Source of the DNA: Okamejei kenojei
Lineage: Eukaryota
DNA: 64,000 nt
Assembly (NCBI GenBank): GCA_035221665.1
Contig: CM069145.1
Location: forward strand, 16,306,001-16,370,000
Direction: 5' to 3'
In this document: in pieces, positions 1-12,649 of the stretch
Layout of the letters: the number at the start of each line of letters is the position of its first letter
How positions within the stretch are numbered: the stretch's first letter is position 1
The notes under the pieces: model-generated
What the model was told of the DNA's origin: nothing
Seen by the model: the letters and a program-made list of their open reading frames with translations, nothing else
Database searches by the model: none
Position numbers and translations under genes: made by a program

Positions 1-390
1 GTATTTGGGGAAAGAAAATACGATAAAGTAAAGTAATACAGGACAATATAGAAGCATGCAGGGACTTCTGAGTGTGTTTTAGATCAATGAAGATAACAAA
101 GTAAGTGGTAAATAAGGTGTACAGGTTAATTTACTTTCATCACTGAAGCATAGCAAATAAGACCAGGCAGGTCAGATTTATCTGGCTTTGAGACATGTTC
201 TTTTCCAACAAGATAGTTGTGATGGGGTAGGGGAAGGGTGTATGTACTTTGCAAGTACTTAGATAAGTACTTGCAGTTCCATAATCTATAAGGTCATGGA
301 CCATAGATCAAAACATGACATTAGGCAGGATAATTTATTTTTGCCAGCAGAACAATCGGTAGTTTGAACTATTTTTATGCTGTACCTTTT
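1..390 (+). mobile_element. Highly decayed CR1-like LINE 3' fragment
   Basis: Weak resemblance to the CR1 3' end seen in younger copies in this window (ttagataagtacttg...ggtcatggacc...tatgctgtac); no intact ORF. Confidence 0.4.
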
Positions 391-464
391 AATGGTTGAA
401 AAATAAACATGGAAGCCCATAAAAAATAATTGTCCAAGACAATTTGATTGTCATAGGTACCTAG

Positions 465-774
465 GGGTGGTACGGTGGCACAGCAGTTGAGCTACTGCCT
501 TACAGTTCCAGAGACCCAGGTTCGATCCTAACTATGGGTGCTTGTCTGTACGGAGTTTGTAAATTCTCTCCGTGACCTGTGTGGGTTTTCTCTGGGATCT
601 CTGGTTTCCCCTCACACTCCAAAGACGTACAGGTTTGTAGGTTAATTGGCTCGGTATGAATGTAAAATTGTACCAAATGTGTGTAGGGTAGGGTTAAACG
701 GGCATGGATCGCTGGTCGGCGCAGGCTCGGAGGGCCGAAGGGCCTGTTTCCGCGCTATAACTCTAAAACTAACT
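465..774 (+). mobile_element. HE1-like tRNA-derived V-SINE, full length
   Basis: A box (ggtggcacagcagtt), B box (ggttcgatcc), V-core (tctgtacggagtttg...cacactccaaagacgtacagg), LINE-derived tail gggccgaagggcctgtttccgcgct ending in aaaactaact. Confidence 0.9.
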
Positions 775-1397
775 ATTTGATCAGCAGCGGTTCCTTAACT
801 TTGTTCAAGGCAGTGGTGTGTGCCATCGATGAGAAGCACCGTGCTGTTTACAGCAGCTTCTTTTAACTACTCCAAAAGCCACAACATTAACCACCAAGGA
901 GGGCAAGATAGCATTGTCACCAAATAATTATCCACTGAGGTGCATGCCAGGCAATCCTCCTGTAATGACTACAGTGCTTCAAGACAATACCTTATCAACA
1001 CTTTGCTTAAATGACGATATGATACGACGCGATACGATAGAACTTTATTTATCTCAACAGTCATAAAACACAACAAGATACATGAAACATGAAATTAAAG
1101 TGACAAATGGAAATTCCAGGACTGGGGATGTACAAAGATTGGGGAGGGGAGGTGAGGAAAGGGAGTCATGTCAAGGATGGGAATTATCTGTTGAACCTGA
1201 ATGGGTACTTCAATGTTGACGTGGTAGGAACTTGAAAAGATTTTCAACCTACAAATAAATAAATCTTTCCTCATCTCAGTCCCAATTGATCAACCACTAA
1301 TCTTGAGGCTAAGTCTCCAGCTCCAAATCACCCAATGTGAGGAAATGGCCTCTCAATACTCTAGAATGAATAGCCATGGAATTTGCACTGACATCTT

Positions 1398-1582
1398 TTA
1401 TTTTAGAGATACAGCGCGGAAACGCCCTTTGGCCCACCATGTCCTCTCCGAACAGCGATCCCCGCACACTCACGCTATCCTACACACACTAGGGACAATT
1501 TCACCAATGCCAATTAACTTAAACCTGTATGTCTTTGGAGTGTGGGAGGAAACCGGAGCACCCGGCAAAAACCCATGTGACC
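1398..1582 (-). mobile_element. HE1-like SINE, 5'-truncated
   Basis: Reverse complement of the SINE core and tail (gtctttggagtgtgggaggaaaccggagcacc; gatacagcgcggaaac). Confidence 0.85.
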
Positions 1583-1934
1583 TATTAACCCTCGCGGCCT
1601 GTTCTACTAACACACAAAGGCTAAGAACAGCTGACTTTTTCTCTCCCCAGTTGGCTAAGTAGGATGTTTTAATTCACGTCCGATTAATTCTACGGCTCTC
1701 AGAGTAACTTGGCTGCCTGTGAGATTGTTGATCCTGTCAGTGTATTTGTGAATCTTAGGGATTTGTATTCAACATCTGCATATCCAAGTTCAAATATAGA
1801 CTTAGGATGATTGGCTGAAATCAGATGTTGATTTTCTACATGACCAGATATCCCTTTTTTCCCCAAATTTGTCTGATTAACGTTATTTATGCGGTTTGTA
1901 AAATAATTCAATTTGCAATTGATGCAATTGTCAA

Positions 1935-3480
1935 TGCACAGCATTAGCCCCCATTGCCCAGCTTATCCATGTTGACCAAAATGCCCTATGACAGTCCCAT
2001 TTATCCACATTTGAACCATATCCCTTCAAACCTTTCCTATCTATGTGCCTATCAATAATCTCTTTTAAATATTGTTATTGTGCCTGCCCCAACTATTTCC
2101 TCTGACAGCTTGTTTCGTATATCCACCACCCTGTTTATGAAAAAGTTGCGCTTCAGGTTCCTATTAAATCTTGTCCCTCTTGCCTCAAACCTATGCCCTC
2201 TAGGTCTTGATTCCCCTACCCTTGAAAAATGTATCTGTGCTTTCAACCTGATTTTGCCCCTGATGATTTTATACACCTCTAGAAAAATACCATCAGCCTC
2301 CTGCATTCCAAGTCTGCCCAGGCCTGCCCTGTCTCTTCCCATAGTTCAGGCCCTTGAGAACTAGCAACATCCTCATGGATGATCTCAGCACCCTTTACAG
2401 CGTTGACATCTTTCCTATAGCAGGCCACAACACTCGTACGCTTATCTAAATTATCTCCATTAACTGTTCCTTAGCCCACTTGCCGAGCTGATCAAGATCC
2501 CACTGTATTTCTTGATAACCATTTTCATTGTTTACGAGGCAACCTACCTAATCTGCAAACTTACAAAATTATGCCGTGTGCATTCTCATCCAAATCACTG
2601 ATGAAAACCACAAACATCAATGAGCCCAGCACCGATCCCTCAGGCAAGCCACTAGTTAAGGAGCCTCCAGTCCGAAAAACAACCTCACACCAACAGCCTC
2701 TGATTCCTATCATGAAACCAATTCTGTATCCAGTTCACACATCAGTCTGAAGAAGGATTTCGGCCCGAAACATTACCTATTTCCTTCGCTCCATAGATGC
2801 CGCCTCACGCGCTGAGTTTCGCCAACACTTTTGTCTACCTTCGATTTTCCAGCATCTGCAGTTCCTTCTTAAACACTCTACAGTATATCCAGTTAGCCGG
2901 CTCTCCCTGGATCCCATGGCAGCTAACTTTCCAGAGGAGCCTACCATGAGGAACATTATCAAAGGCCTTGCTGATGTCCATATGTCTACGGATTTACCTC
3001 TGTCCACCGTCTTGGTAACTTCTTCAAAAAACGTAATAAAATCCACGAGATGCAATCTACCTCATTCAAAATCATGCTGACTATCCATAATCAACCCCTG
3101 TATGTACAACTTATCCCCCGGAATACTCTCCAGGAACCTTCCTACCACAGATGTTGGGCTCACCAGTTGTTTTGTGCAACCCTTCTTAAATAGAAGCACA
3201 TTAGTCACTTTCCATTCTTCTGTCACCTCAACCATGCCTAACAATGATTTACAGTATATATCTCAGCGAGGGACTCCTGCTATTTCATCACTAGCTTCAC
3301 CATTTCATCATAGTGTCCTTGGATATATTTTATCAGGCCTAGGGGATTTATCTATTAATCTATATTCACATGTTGTAGGGTGTTCAGTGCCTCCTGATTG
3401 CAATATGGACAGTCCTCAAGGAGTCTTCATTAAGTGTCCCAAGTTCCCAAGTCTTCATGTCTTCATCAATATTCATTGTG
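1935..3480 (-). mobile_element. CR1/HER1-like LINE, decayed ORF2 (RT and C-terminus)
   Basis: Minus-strand peptides LEVYKIIRG...ESRPRGHRF...NFFINRVVDIRNKLSEEIV, FFEEVTKTVDRGKSVD and VTEEWKVTNV.LFKKG are typical of CR1 ORF2; interrupted at 2736-2885. Confidence 0.85.
2736..2885 (+). mobile_element. Short Penelope-derived element with hammerhead-like core
   Basis: CTGAAGA-AGGATTTCGGCCC-GAAACATT (2747-2774) followed by the family body (gatgc..gctgagtt..ccagcatctgcagttcc); flanked by direct repeat tatccagtt (2727-2735, 2886-2894). Confidence 0.75.
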
Positions 3481-4379
3481 TACCTTGACCGTCTCCTGTG
3501 GATCTCAGATACATGACTACTTTGGTTTCTTAGGGGCCCTATTCATCTCTCTCCTCTCTAGTTACTCTTCTTCACCTTCATACACTTAAATTATCTCTTT
3601 AGATTCTCCTTAATTTCATCTGCCAGAGTTAACTCTTGCCTCACCCGAGAGCTATCTCGAGTTTGTAGAAATTATGAATTATGCAATTCAGGCCTAGGAA
3701 TTGAGACTGTGTATATTTAGTCATTTTAATCCAGTCATTACAAAACAAGGTATTTCAGGTTTAAAGATGGATCTGTGCATGAAATAAAAAAATAAAATGT
3801 ATTGTTTTATCAAAGAATGTAGTATGTTCTCATTAATAAACACAAGACATATTGGACAGATGGACAAATTGAAACTCAGATTTTCAATTTGCCTAAACAT
3901 TTAATGTTCCAGTGCAAATATTAACCCTCTATCTGGTCCAGTTTAGCTAATAAACACATCTCGCCATTCTGATCCTTGCACCAGCTGTTGTATAGACAAG
4001 AAGACAAAAGGTCCTTCATTCCTAGCTTCCTCATCTTCATTAAGGACAAGTTAACGACGGATTTAAAATACGTTTCAAATGTCCATCAGAGTGGTGACAG
4101 AAATATTCAGAATCTGTTGTTTATGTTTCACAACTCTTTTTCTCGCTCCACAGATACTGTTTTATATTCAGTTTAGATTTTAAATTTCCATCATCCGAAG
4201 TAATATTTGTTTTTCATCTAACGTGATGATATTTTCACTGCTTGCCTCGCATTCAATCCCAAATATCCTGCCGTTATCCCATAATTTTCAATTTTAATTT
4301 CCTGTATTATCCAGCCAGTAGGATATTGTTGGTATCTACAAGTCCCTTGATGCTTATATATTGTTAGCTGAAGAGAAAA

Positions 4380-4708
4380 GGATGGTATAATGATGCAGCT
4401 GGTAGAGCTGCTTTCACACAGAGCCAGAAATCCAGGTTCAACCCTATCTTTGGGTATTGTCTGTGTGGAGTTTGCACGTTCTCCCTGTGACCATGTACGT
4501 TTCTCCGCTTGCTCCGGTTTCCTCATACATCCCCAAAACATGTGGGTTTCTATATTATTTGGCCTTTGTAAAATAGTTCCTTATATGTTGCGAGTTTATG
4601 AGAAAGTGGTCTAACATGGAACTACTGTGAACAGATGATCAATGGTCAGCGAGGGCTCGATGGGCAGAAGCGCCTGTTTCCATGTTGTACCTCTAAAACT
4701 AAATAAAC
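4380..4708 (+). mobile_element. HE1-like SINE
   Basis: A/B boxes, V-core (tgtctgtgtggagtttgcacgttctccctgtgacc), tail cctgtttccatgttgtacctctaaaac. Confidence 0.85.
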
Positions 4709-5481
4709 CAAAAAGCCTGGGCAGAGTCTTGGAAAGGCAGCAAATGAACAGGGAGGCTGAGATTTGAAAGTTGGAATTTTCTTTTCATAGGTTGTGGCCC
4801 TAGTTTGTTTATGATCTAACCATTAGCTCCAGGAGAAAAAAATATTTTGGTATCCCGCCAGGTGAAGCAGTTACTAATAGTTACTTTATTATAATAGTCT
4901 TATCTACAGATAAGTCCACTTTTCAGCAGCAATAATGATTTGTGTTGAACATTAATGAGTAAAGAGTCCTGAACAATGCCTAATTATAAAATTATAACAT
5001 CTCTAGAAGGATATCAAACCGAGTAGCTGCACACTGCATGCAGATTTTTCACTGTGGTCGAGAGATTTAAATTCCAGCAAACAGATGTTGAAAGGGAGCA
5101 ATATGGAAGCAACATCTGGAAGTTTTTTTTCATCCAGACAGCAACATAATTATGGACTTAGTTGCTGGGTGATGGCGTTAAAACAGAAACCGAACAGTTT
5201 GAGGAGTATACTGGAACGGAGTGTCAGTCTGATTAAACTGTGATCTAAAATAGAATGTTTGAATGAGACTGACAATCATTCCCAGTGTTCAAATATATAT
5301 CCTTGTATATATAGCATTTTCCAATTCAAAAGTTGTGAAAGTTGCAAAGTAAAATACATAAACCTTGGAAAAAGTGAAATATGTTTTTACCTTCAATAAT
5401 AGACGACTTATTTTCTACTTTATTCCATCTTTCCCCTCCACTGCTGTTGATGTCACATGCAGATTGGAAGAATAAAATATT

Positions 5482-5622
5482 ATATGTCATAGTCATAGAT
5501 TAATACAGTGCGGAAACAGGCCCTTCGGCCCAACTCGCCCACACCGGCCAACAATGTCCCAGTTATCCTAGTCCCACTTGCCCACGCTTGGTCCATAACC
5601 CTCCAAACCTGTCCTACCCATG
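5482..5622 (-). mobile_element. HER1/CR1-like LINE 3' tail
   Basis: acagtgcggaaacaggcccttcggcccaac...cttggtccataaccctccaaacctgtcctaccca is the reverse complement of the LINE 3' end. Confidence 0.75.
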
Positions 5623-6744
5623 TGCTTGCTGGACTGCAATCAGTTTTAAAGATATTCTCCAGGATATTTTGTTGCTCCTTGGCCCTGCTGTTTTTGATAA
5701 ATAAATGTGAAAATATTTGTGTGGAAATATTTGCCTCCTGAAAGACTGAATTTATTTGTATAACATCGTCACACCAGCAAAACCATGGGTACAATATTCC
5801 CCTTAAATGAAAGAAAAATAAATTGGGGATATTGCGAAGGATTCACAAGCCAGGTTGGTTCATAAAAATCATTAGCATTGCTTTTAAAGGCATCAGAATG
5901 TATTGGCCAGATTTCAGCGCAAGCAAAAATAAAGAGAGTAAATACCACTTATTATGGTGGTGTTACAGTATAAGGTCTTTGAAAAGTCAGAACACAGCAA
6001 ACTTTCCGAAGTTAATGTGCCTCCCCCCACAATTAGCTCAGTTGTTTATTTTAGTCAATAACAGTCGGCATTTACGACTCATGTCGTAAACCCAAGTAAA
6101 AAAAAATATGGCGTGGCATTAAAACCATCAAAAGAGGCATTAACACTAGAAGCGCTACTTTCCATCTGGAAACAGGTTGATGTAAAAACTAGTGGTACTT
6201 TGAAGTGTTACTGGCCAGCATACAGTACATTGAAATCTAGTCGTTCAGTGTATTTTGATTTCATTTACTGCTGGCTGGCAGCGTTCAAAATTGCCATTAA
6301 TGTCTGGAATTTCTTTATAATCACCCAAAAACTTCCTTGCAAGGAATCTTTGCCTTGACATGAGTGGCTCTTGACATTTATAGCTTAAGCTAATATTTTT
6401 AATCAGGAGTATTGAATTATACCATGTTCAGTTGGTGACTAAAGGACGTTAATGATCACTTAAAGTAACTGATGAATGGGATGCATTCAGCGTGGAAACC
6501 CAAACAGAAAAAAATAAAGTTTAGTGCAAGACATCATTAAGTCCATCGGCCGCAGATCAAAGAACTGGGGCAGTCCCTTTGGTCGAAATTAAAATCGCTC
6601 CCCTCCTCTTCTCCTCCCCTTTCCCTTTCCACAGCAATCTTCCTCCAATTATTCAGAAGACTTTAAAAGGATAATCCTAATAGGATCCAACAAATCGTTC
6701 CTTGCTTCTGTTGAGCCAGGGAGGGAATTAGTCACAATTCTTAC

Positions 6745-6759
6745 CTTCTGAGTGGCCTA
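6745..6759 (-). other. Candidate 15-nt microexon
   Basis: Minus strand reads ttcttcctcctcctttccgcAG|TAGGCCACTCAGAAG|GTaaga; splice motifs only, no transcript evidence. Confidence 0.3.
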
Positions 6760-8007
6760 CTGCGGAAAGGAGGAGGAAGAACGTAGAGGGGGATGGCCAA
6801 CACTTAATGGAAAAGAAAGCCACAATTTCATCTTCAATTTAAATTTGCATTGAAAAATCTTGATTAAGCTTTCTGTCCGGGATGTGACTATTATGTGGAA
6901 ATGCAACCAGTATATTTTGCTGTGAGATTGCAAGAGCTGGAGAGATATTACATTAATAGGGGGTAAAGCTTTCATAATTTTTAATTTCTGCTTGTATGCC
7001 TTCATGGTGGGTAAATAACTTCACTGGTCCTCTCATTAATCTTTTATCCCATTGTTCAAGATCAGGCCATCCTCTCTTACTTCCCTGGCAGCTTGCCTTT
7101 TCCTCTGCTGGAATGAGTCATTCCAAGTGGTTTATTGGCAATGCTGAGCATTTAATGACTCCATTATCTCAATGGTCCAGCTGTGGATGTCATTAGGAAA
7201 AGTTGAAGTCCTTGCCAGTTCTCAGGATTCCACGAGGTGATGTTTGTTTTGGCAAGCACAGGTTTTGTTCTGTCTGCGGGGAGTAGCCGGATGCTCTGGC
7301 CAGTGAGTTGCATTGTTTTTATTTTTCCACTTCAGGACTTTGGCAACCATAAGGTCCCCCTCATTAACCTTAAAAATAATTGATACATTTCAAAAGTTAA
7401 TTTATTTTCTAACGGAAAATAATACACAGCCATCATGATGTCGCATTTTCTGCAGTGTTTTGACCTGTTTGGCTGATTTATTCTTTAAAAATGGGTGCAT
7501 GTAATCTGATAATGTAACTCTTGCATCTAATTTCTGCATTAAGTTGTTTAATTTATTGTTATCAGACAAAAAATTGACACTGGTTTGAAGCTGCACTATT
7601 TAACTTGGGTAACGAGGAGAGTAGAAATGATATCTCAGTCACATGAACCAATGCACGTTTCCATATCATATCATATCATTCCATTCCATATCATGTGGCT
7701 GTCACCCCTATAATTCAGTTCCTTGAAATGCGGTGTTTAGTCTGTGGACACAACTAAAGAACATATACAAGAGATACACACTGAGATGATTTTAAGTATA
7801 TTAAGTTTTATGTTGGGTCAGTAATAGGGACTGGGACAGTGAGGTGCCCTTGCCCGTTTGACTTGACATAGGCAACATGCCAGATCCGAGCTAAATGCTC
7901 ATTATGAAGATCACAGCATCCAACCATTGCTAAACATGATTTTGATTAGCTTAGCTGCTCAGCATGGGACACAAGTCTGAAGTACCCATCAGTAAATGTG
8001 TAGAGGG

Positions 8008-8215
8008 CTGTGCGGCTCAGAACTTGCATGGGCCAGCTGCCAGGTATATTTGTGGACATCTTTAATCTCTCCCTACTCCAATGTGAGCTTCCCACCTGCT
8101 TGAAGAAGACCACTATCATTGCGATGCCAAAGAAAAACCAGGTAGCATGCCTTAATGACTACCATCTGGTGGATTATCACAAAGCACTTCGAAAGGCTGG
8201 TAATGGAACACATAT
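8008..8215 (+). mobile_element. Rex1/Babar-like retrotransposon RT fragment
   Basis: Peptide QLPGIFVDIFNLSLLQCELPTCLKKTTIIAMPKKNQVACLNDY matches the Rex1-type RT N-terminal block. Confidence 0.8.
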
Positions 8216-8299
8216 ATCCGAGCATTCCCTAATTCTAATTGATACATTCCCTAGTGAAGTCCAAGTTTGAGGTTTTCATGACTTTGGATAATCCGGACC

Positions 8300-8493
8300 T
8301 ATGTAGGAAGTCTTGTAGCCAGCATCATCAGAGACCCGTCCATCCTGGTCCACATTCTCATTTCACCATTGCCATTGGGAAGATGGTACAGGAGTCTGAA
8401 AACTGTAACGTCCAGTTTCAGGAACAGCTTCTTCCCTACAGCCATCAGGCTATTACACACTACAACCTCAAATAAGCTCTGAACTGCATGGAA

Positions 8494-8544
<51 letters not shown>

Positions 8545-8590
8545 GATGATTATTATTATGATTACACCACTATTGTTTGTTTTTTGAGTA

Positions 8591-8630
<40 letters not shown>

Positions 8631-8773
8631 TTTGTGTATATATACACACTGAACTTTTTTTTTCTCTCTCGTTTATCGTATTCTTTACAGTATATTATGT
8701 TGTGTTGCAAAAGTAAGGATTTCATTGTTCTATCTGGGACATATGACAATAAAACACTCTTGACTCTTGACTC
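8300..8773 (+). mobile_element. Rex1/Babar-like 3' end
   Basis: Peptide ..PLGRWYRSLKTVTSSFRNSFFPTAIRLL; 3' UTR ends gacaataaaacactcttgactcttgactc. Confidence 0.75.
8494..8627. repeat. (ATT)n and (TA)n microsatellites
   Basis: (att)n at about 8494-8560 and (ta)n at about 8599-8627, inside the Rex1-like 3' UTR. Confidence 0.95.
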
Positions 8774-9367
8774 GATATATTTTTCAAAACAATTGCCCAT
8801 TTTTCTCGTACTGTGAGGGGTGAGATCACCATGTCACTGAACTTCTTATCCCTGGATTATTGCACACAGTGAAGTCTGATTTTCACCACATCTCTTCGCT
8901 GCCTTTGTACCTTTAAGGAGGGTCTTCACTCAAGGAGAGGGGAATTCATTCTGCCTCCTTTAATTGAAGCAAGCAGTCTGTGCCCATATGTAGCAAATTC
9001 TTAGCCAACAATCAACATTGCAATGATCAGTGAGCGGCAAGCTTCCACTGTGCCACGGACACATGACTACCAATGCATTTAAACATTTCCCCTTGATGTT
9101 GTCTGCTCTCCCACCAACAACATCCTAGGGATCACTATTGTCCAGAAACTGTCCAGGGCCAAGAGTTCAAATACTATGTTCATATATATGGAAGCTGTGG
9201 AATTGGCAATGAGGGCCTCCACAAATGAATTGGCAAAGACATTAAGTCTTTACAAGAGAGGAGTCTGGGTTATTGAAGGGCATTCTCCCGATACCTCTGA
9301 TACAGCAGTTCCAATGATATTGAAGAAGCTTTAACTCATTCATTACAAAAAAAAAGACTCACAACTG

Positions 9368-9566
9368 GACGGCATGGTGGCACAGCAGTGGAGTTGCTGC
9401 CTTACAGCGCCGGAGACCCCGGTTCGATCCTGACTACAGCTGTTTTCTGTACGGAGTTTGTAGTATTAGTGTGCATGGATTAATGGTTGGCCATTAATTC
9501 AGACCCAGTGGGCTGAAGAACCTGTTTCCACGCTGTATCTCTAAACTAAACTAAACTAAACTAAAA
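9368..9566 (+). mobile_element. HE1-like SINE with internal deletion
   Basis: A/B boxes intact, core cut after cggagtttgta, (taaac)n tail. Confidence 0.85.
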
Positions 9567-9824
9567 AGCTAAGCTTTACCAAACTATCAACCATGCAGAC
9601 ATGGTTTGAACATCCCTTCCAACAGAACTGGTGTGACTTCTAGCGAAGGCCTGGAAGCTCTCTGCATCTCCAATGAGGTCTGTGGGTGTCAGGGGCACTC
9701 TGGTTGGCTCAGACCTCCTTGGTGGAGGCCAGAAGGTTTATTCCTGCCACATTCCTGGCATTGTCCTCTGCACACATTAACTAATTTTGCATGTGGACCT
9801 TTCTTGAGGATTCAACATGTCCTA

Positions 9825-10030
9825 TCTACTATATATCTCACTGGAGACCCTCGGACTATCTTTAGTCGGACTTTACTGGACTTTATCTTGCACAAAATGT
9901 TATTCCCTTTATCATGTATCTGCACACAGTAGGAGGCTCGATTGTAATCACATATAGCTTTCCGCTGACTGGTTAGCACGCAACAAGAGCTTTTTACTGT
10001 ACCTTGACATTAGACATTAAACTAAACTAC
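9825..10030 (+). mobile_element. Rex1-like 3' UTR fragment
   Basis: gattgtaatca..tccgctgactggttagcacgcaacaa..actgtacct..aaactaaac matches the tail of the Rex1-like copy at about 18330-18440. Confidence 0.6.
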
Positions 10031-11073
10031 CCCACCTGGCCTATAATCCCCACCAGCCAAACAGCCATCAGCCTTGAATTAAGGGGTAGCTGATGATGAT
10101 TTTAACATCTGCCAAGTAGATTGCATGTTCCAAATGTCTATCTCCACTTCTCAGTTTGAAGTGGATAAAAATGAACCAAGATTACCATTGTGAATAAATC
10201 TCCTTGTTAACATCCATCTGCTGATTATCTCAGTGCCTGATGAGTGCCAATTAAACAACCAAACATGCCAAATCATTTTATGCTGCATCTGAGTACAGGG
10301 ACAAAGTTGATACATTTCATGACAATTCACCCTTGTGAATCTTCTAAGAACTTGAGTTCCACGTTCTTTTGCCTCTGGTCGAAGTTTCCTTGATGATTGC
10401 AATCAAGTAGTTGGACCCTTGTTTATTTGACACGGTACAAGTTGCAGATGGATAGGGATTATGCTGTGTCTCCTCGATCCATCGGCTTTAGACTTCCACT
10501 ATCTCACCATGATCAAGCACATTCAATCCTCAAGACGGTAAAGACATTTTAGAGCAAGACTGGCCTGGAAATTAATATCAAGAAGGCAGTTTGCCCAAAT
10601 GGTCAAAAAATCGTGGGCAAAAACACAATGGTTAATCACCTGGGGACAGAATAAGGGTTCCTCCAGATGGCCATTACGAGTGGATGATTATTTCCACTTG
10701 CTCCCACAGCGAGGTTGCAGTCTGTGCTCACCTCTCACTGAAAAGATGCAAGTAATAAATAAATAAATCAGCACAGATCACTTTCAATTGGTGCATGGAA
10801 CTCCTGGAATTATTCCTTGTTATCGAATATTAATGGGAAAAGAACTGCAATCACACAAAGCAACTTGAGTATGTGTGTCTGCATGTCAATAGTCAGGGAC
10901 AGAAAGCAGGAAAGGTGCCCATAATTTCTGCAAAATGTAATCTCGTGCCTATCCCGTTGAGTTACTCCAACTTTTTGTGTCTATCTCTTGCTGAAGATCT
11001 CCTTATCAAACCTTTTGTAATCTAAAAGTGGAAGATAGATACATCATTAATTATGCCACCAAATGTTTACTTT

Positions 11074-11445
11074 GGGCTGCACAGTGGCGCAGTTGGTAGA
11101 GCTGCTGTCTCACAGCACCAGAGACCTGCATTTGTCCGTGACCTCAGATGCTGTCTATGCAGAGTTTATACCACATTCTCCCTGTGACCGCATGGGTTTC
11201 CGCCAGGAGCTCTGGTTTCCTCTCACATCCCAAAGACGTATGGGTTACAGATAAATTGGCTTCTATAAAATTGCCCCTAGCGTGTCGGGATTCGATGAGA
11301 GAGTGGAATGATATAGAACTAATGTGAACGGGTGGTCGATGGTTGGAGTTGACTTGGTGGGCCGAAGGACTTGTTTCCATGCTGTATCTCTGATCATAAA
11401 CATAATAAATGTGAACTTGAACTTGAACTAGAACTAAACATAAAC
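11074..11445 (+). mobile_element. HE1-like SINE
   Basis: cagtggcgcagttggtagagctgctg head, V-core, tail gggccgaaggacttgtttccatgctgtatctc. Confidence 0.85.
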
Positions 11446-11993
11446 AAATGCTTTGACAGTTCTGAGCTTTGCTCCTTGACTGAGCTCCCTGATTGTGCAT
11501 GGTGTACAAATTATAAATTGTAGGAAAACTTTGCACTATTTAAATTTCCCACGCTCTCAACATTGCTGAGGATATAAAGATTTGAAGAGAAATCCTTTTT
11601 GTTTAACAGTAATCTAATCTTGCATGTAAAATCGATTCTCCTTAAATTACGCAACCAGAGAGTGAATTATGAGGTTGGATTTACAAATAGAAATATAATA
11701 ATCAGATCCAAACATGGGGATTCATTTCTTATTGTCTAACATAAAAACATGCATTATATTGCTGTTGTAATAATAGTAAAGACAAATTTATATACTCACT
11801 TAAACTCACAGCAATTCTCTCGGTATTATTTTGAAGTGTTGCATAATAGCAAATATTTTTCAGGTACCATGTATTCAGCCACTAGAACGCTTGACTAGTC
11901 AATCAGTTTTAAGTGTTACCTATCAAGAGCAGTGAATGGCCAATATTATATTTAGTTGCAATAGCACCTTAACTATGAGAAGGGCGGCACATA

Positions 11994-12253
11994 GGGTGGG
12001 ACAATTGTGCAGCTCGTAGAACTGCTGTCTCTTAGCGCCAGAGACGAAGGTTCAATCCTGAGCTCAAGTGCTATCTGTGTAGAGCTTGTATGTTCTCCCT
12101 GTGGCCTTGTGGGTTTCCTCTAGGTGCTCTGGCTTTCTCTCACATCCTAAAGACATGTGGGTTTATAGGCTAATTGGCCTTATTAAATGGGTGACTGATG
12201 GTTAGCTTTTGGTCTCATTGGTCCGAAGGGCATGTTTCCATATTGCATCTATA
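11994..12253 (+). mobile_element. HE1-like SINE, partly deleted
   Basis: B box ggttcaatcc, V-core, tail ccgaagggcatgtttcca. Confidence 0.8.
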
Positions 12254-12649
12254 ATCTATTATCAGGAGGCAGACAATGTCTCAGACTAGTGCAACTTCCA
12301 ACCATGTTGCACTCCATACATTCTGTTCATGAGTACCAGCCTAATATCGATTATATGTTTAGGCAATGTCTCTGATTTCTGATTGAGCAAACGTGGTACC
12401 CTTTACCTTTTCTGAGTGCTTTAAATGTATAATGGTCATTGTAGCAGATGTGAAGCTGCACATTTTGTCATTGAAAAGGCACTGCCAGAGGCTGAGGCCG
12501 GTCCCGGGGTTTAGGTGGCCTTAAACTGAAGGCTAAAGCCTTGAGCTGGATTGCTGAACATGTAAGGTGGCTAGAGTAATGGGATGGTAACAATGAAGGG
12601 ATTGTGTCTGTTGGAAAGACTGGGCTGGAGTGAGGAGTCTAACGGAAAA

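Noticed and set aside
250-275. Palindrome tgcaagtactt-agat-aagtacttgca
   Set aside because: Short, inside a decayed CR1; most simply a local duplication or fold-back with no sign of function.
465-545. tRNA-like sequence with A/B boxes (also at other SINE heads)
   Set aside because: Continues directly into the SINE core; not a tRNA gene.
1303-1662. 119-aa ORF
   Set aside because: Mostly antisense read-through of an HE1-like SINE; similar peptides recur at other SINE copies.
8299-8816. ORFs with poly-Ile and (IY)n stretches
   Set aside because: Translations of (ATT)n and (TA)n microsatellites.
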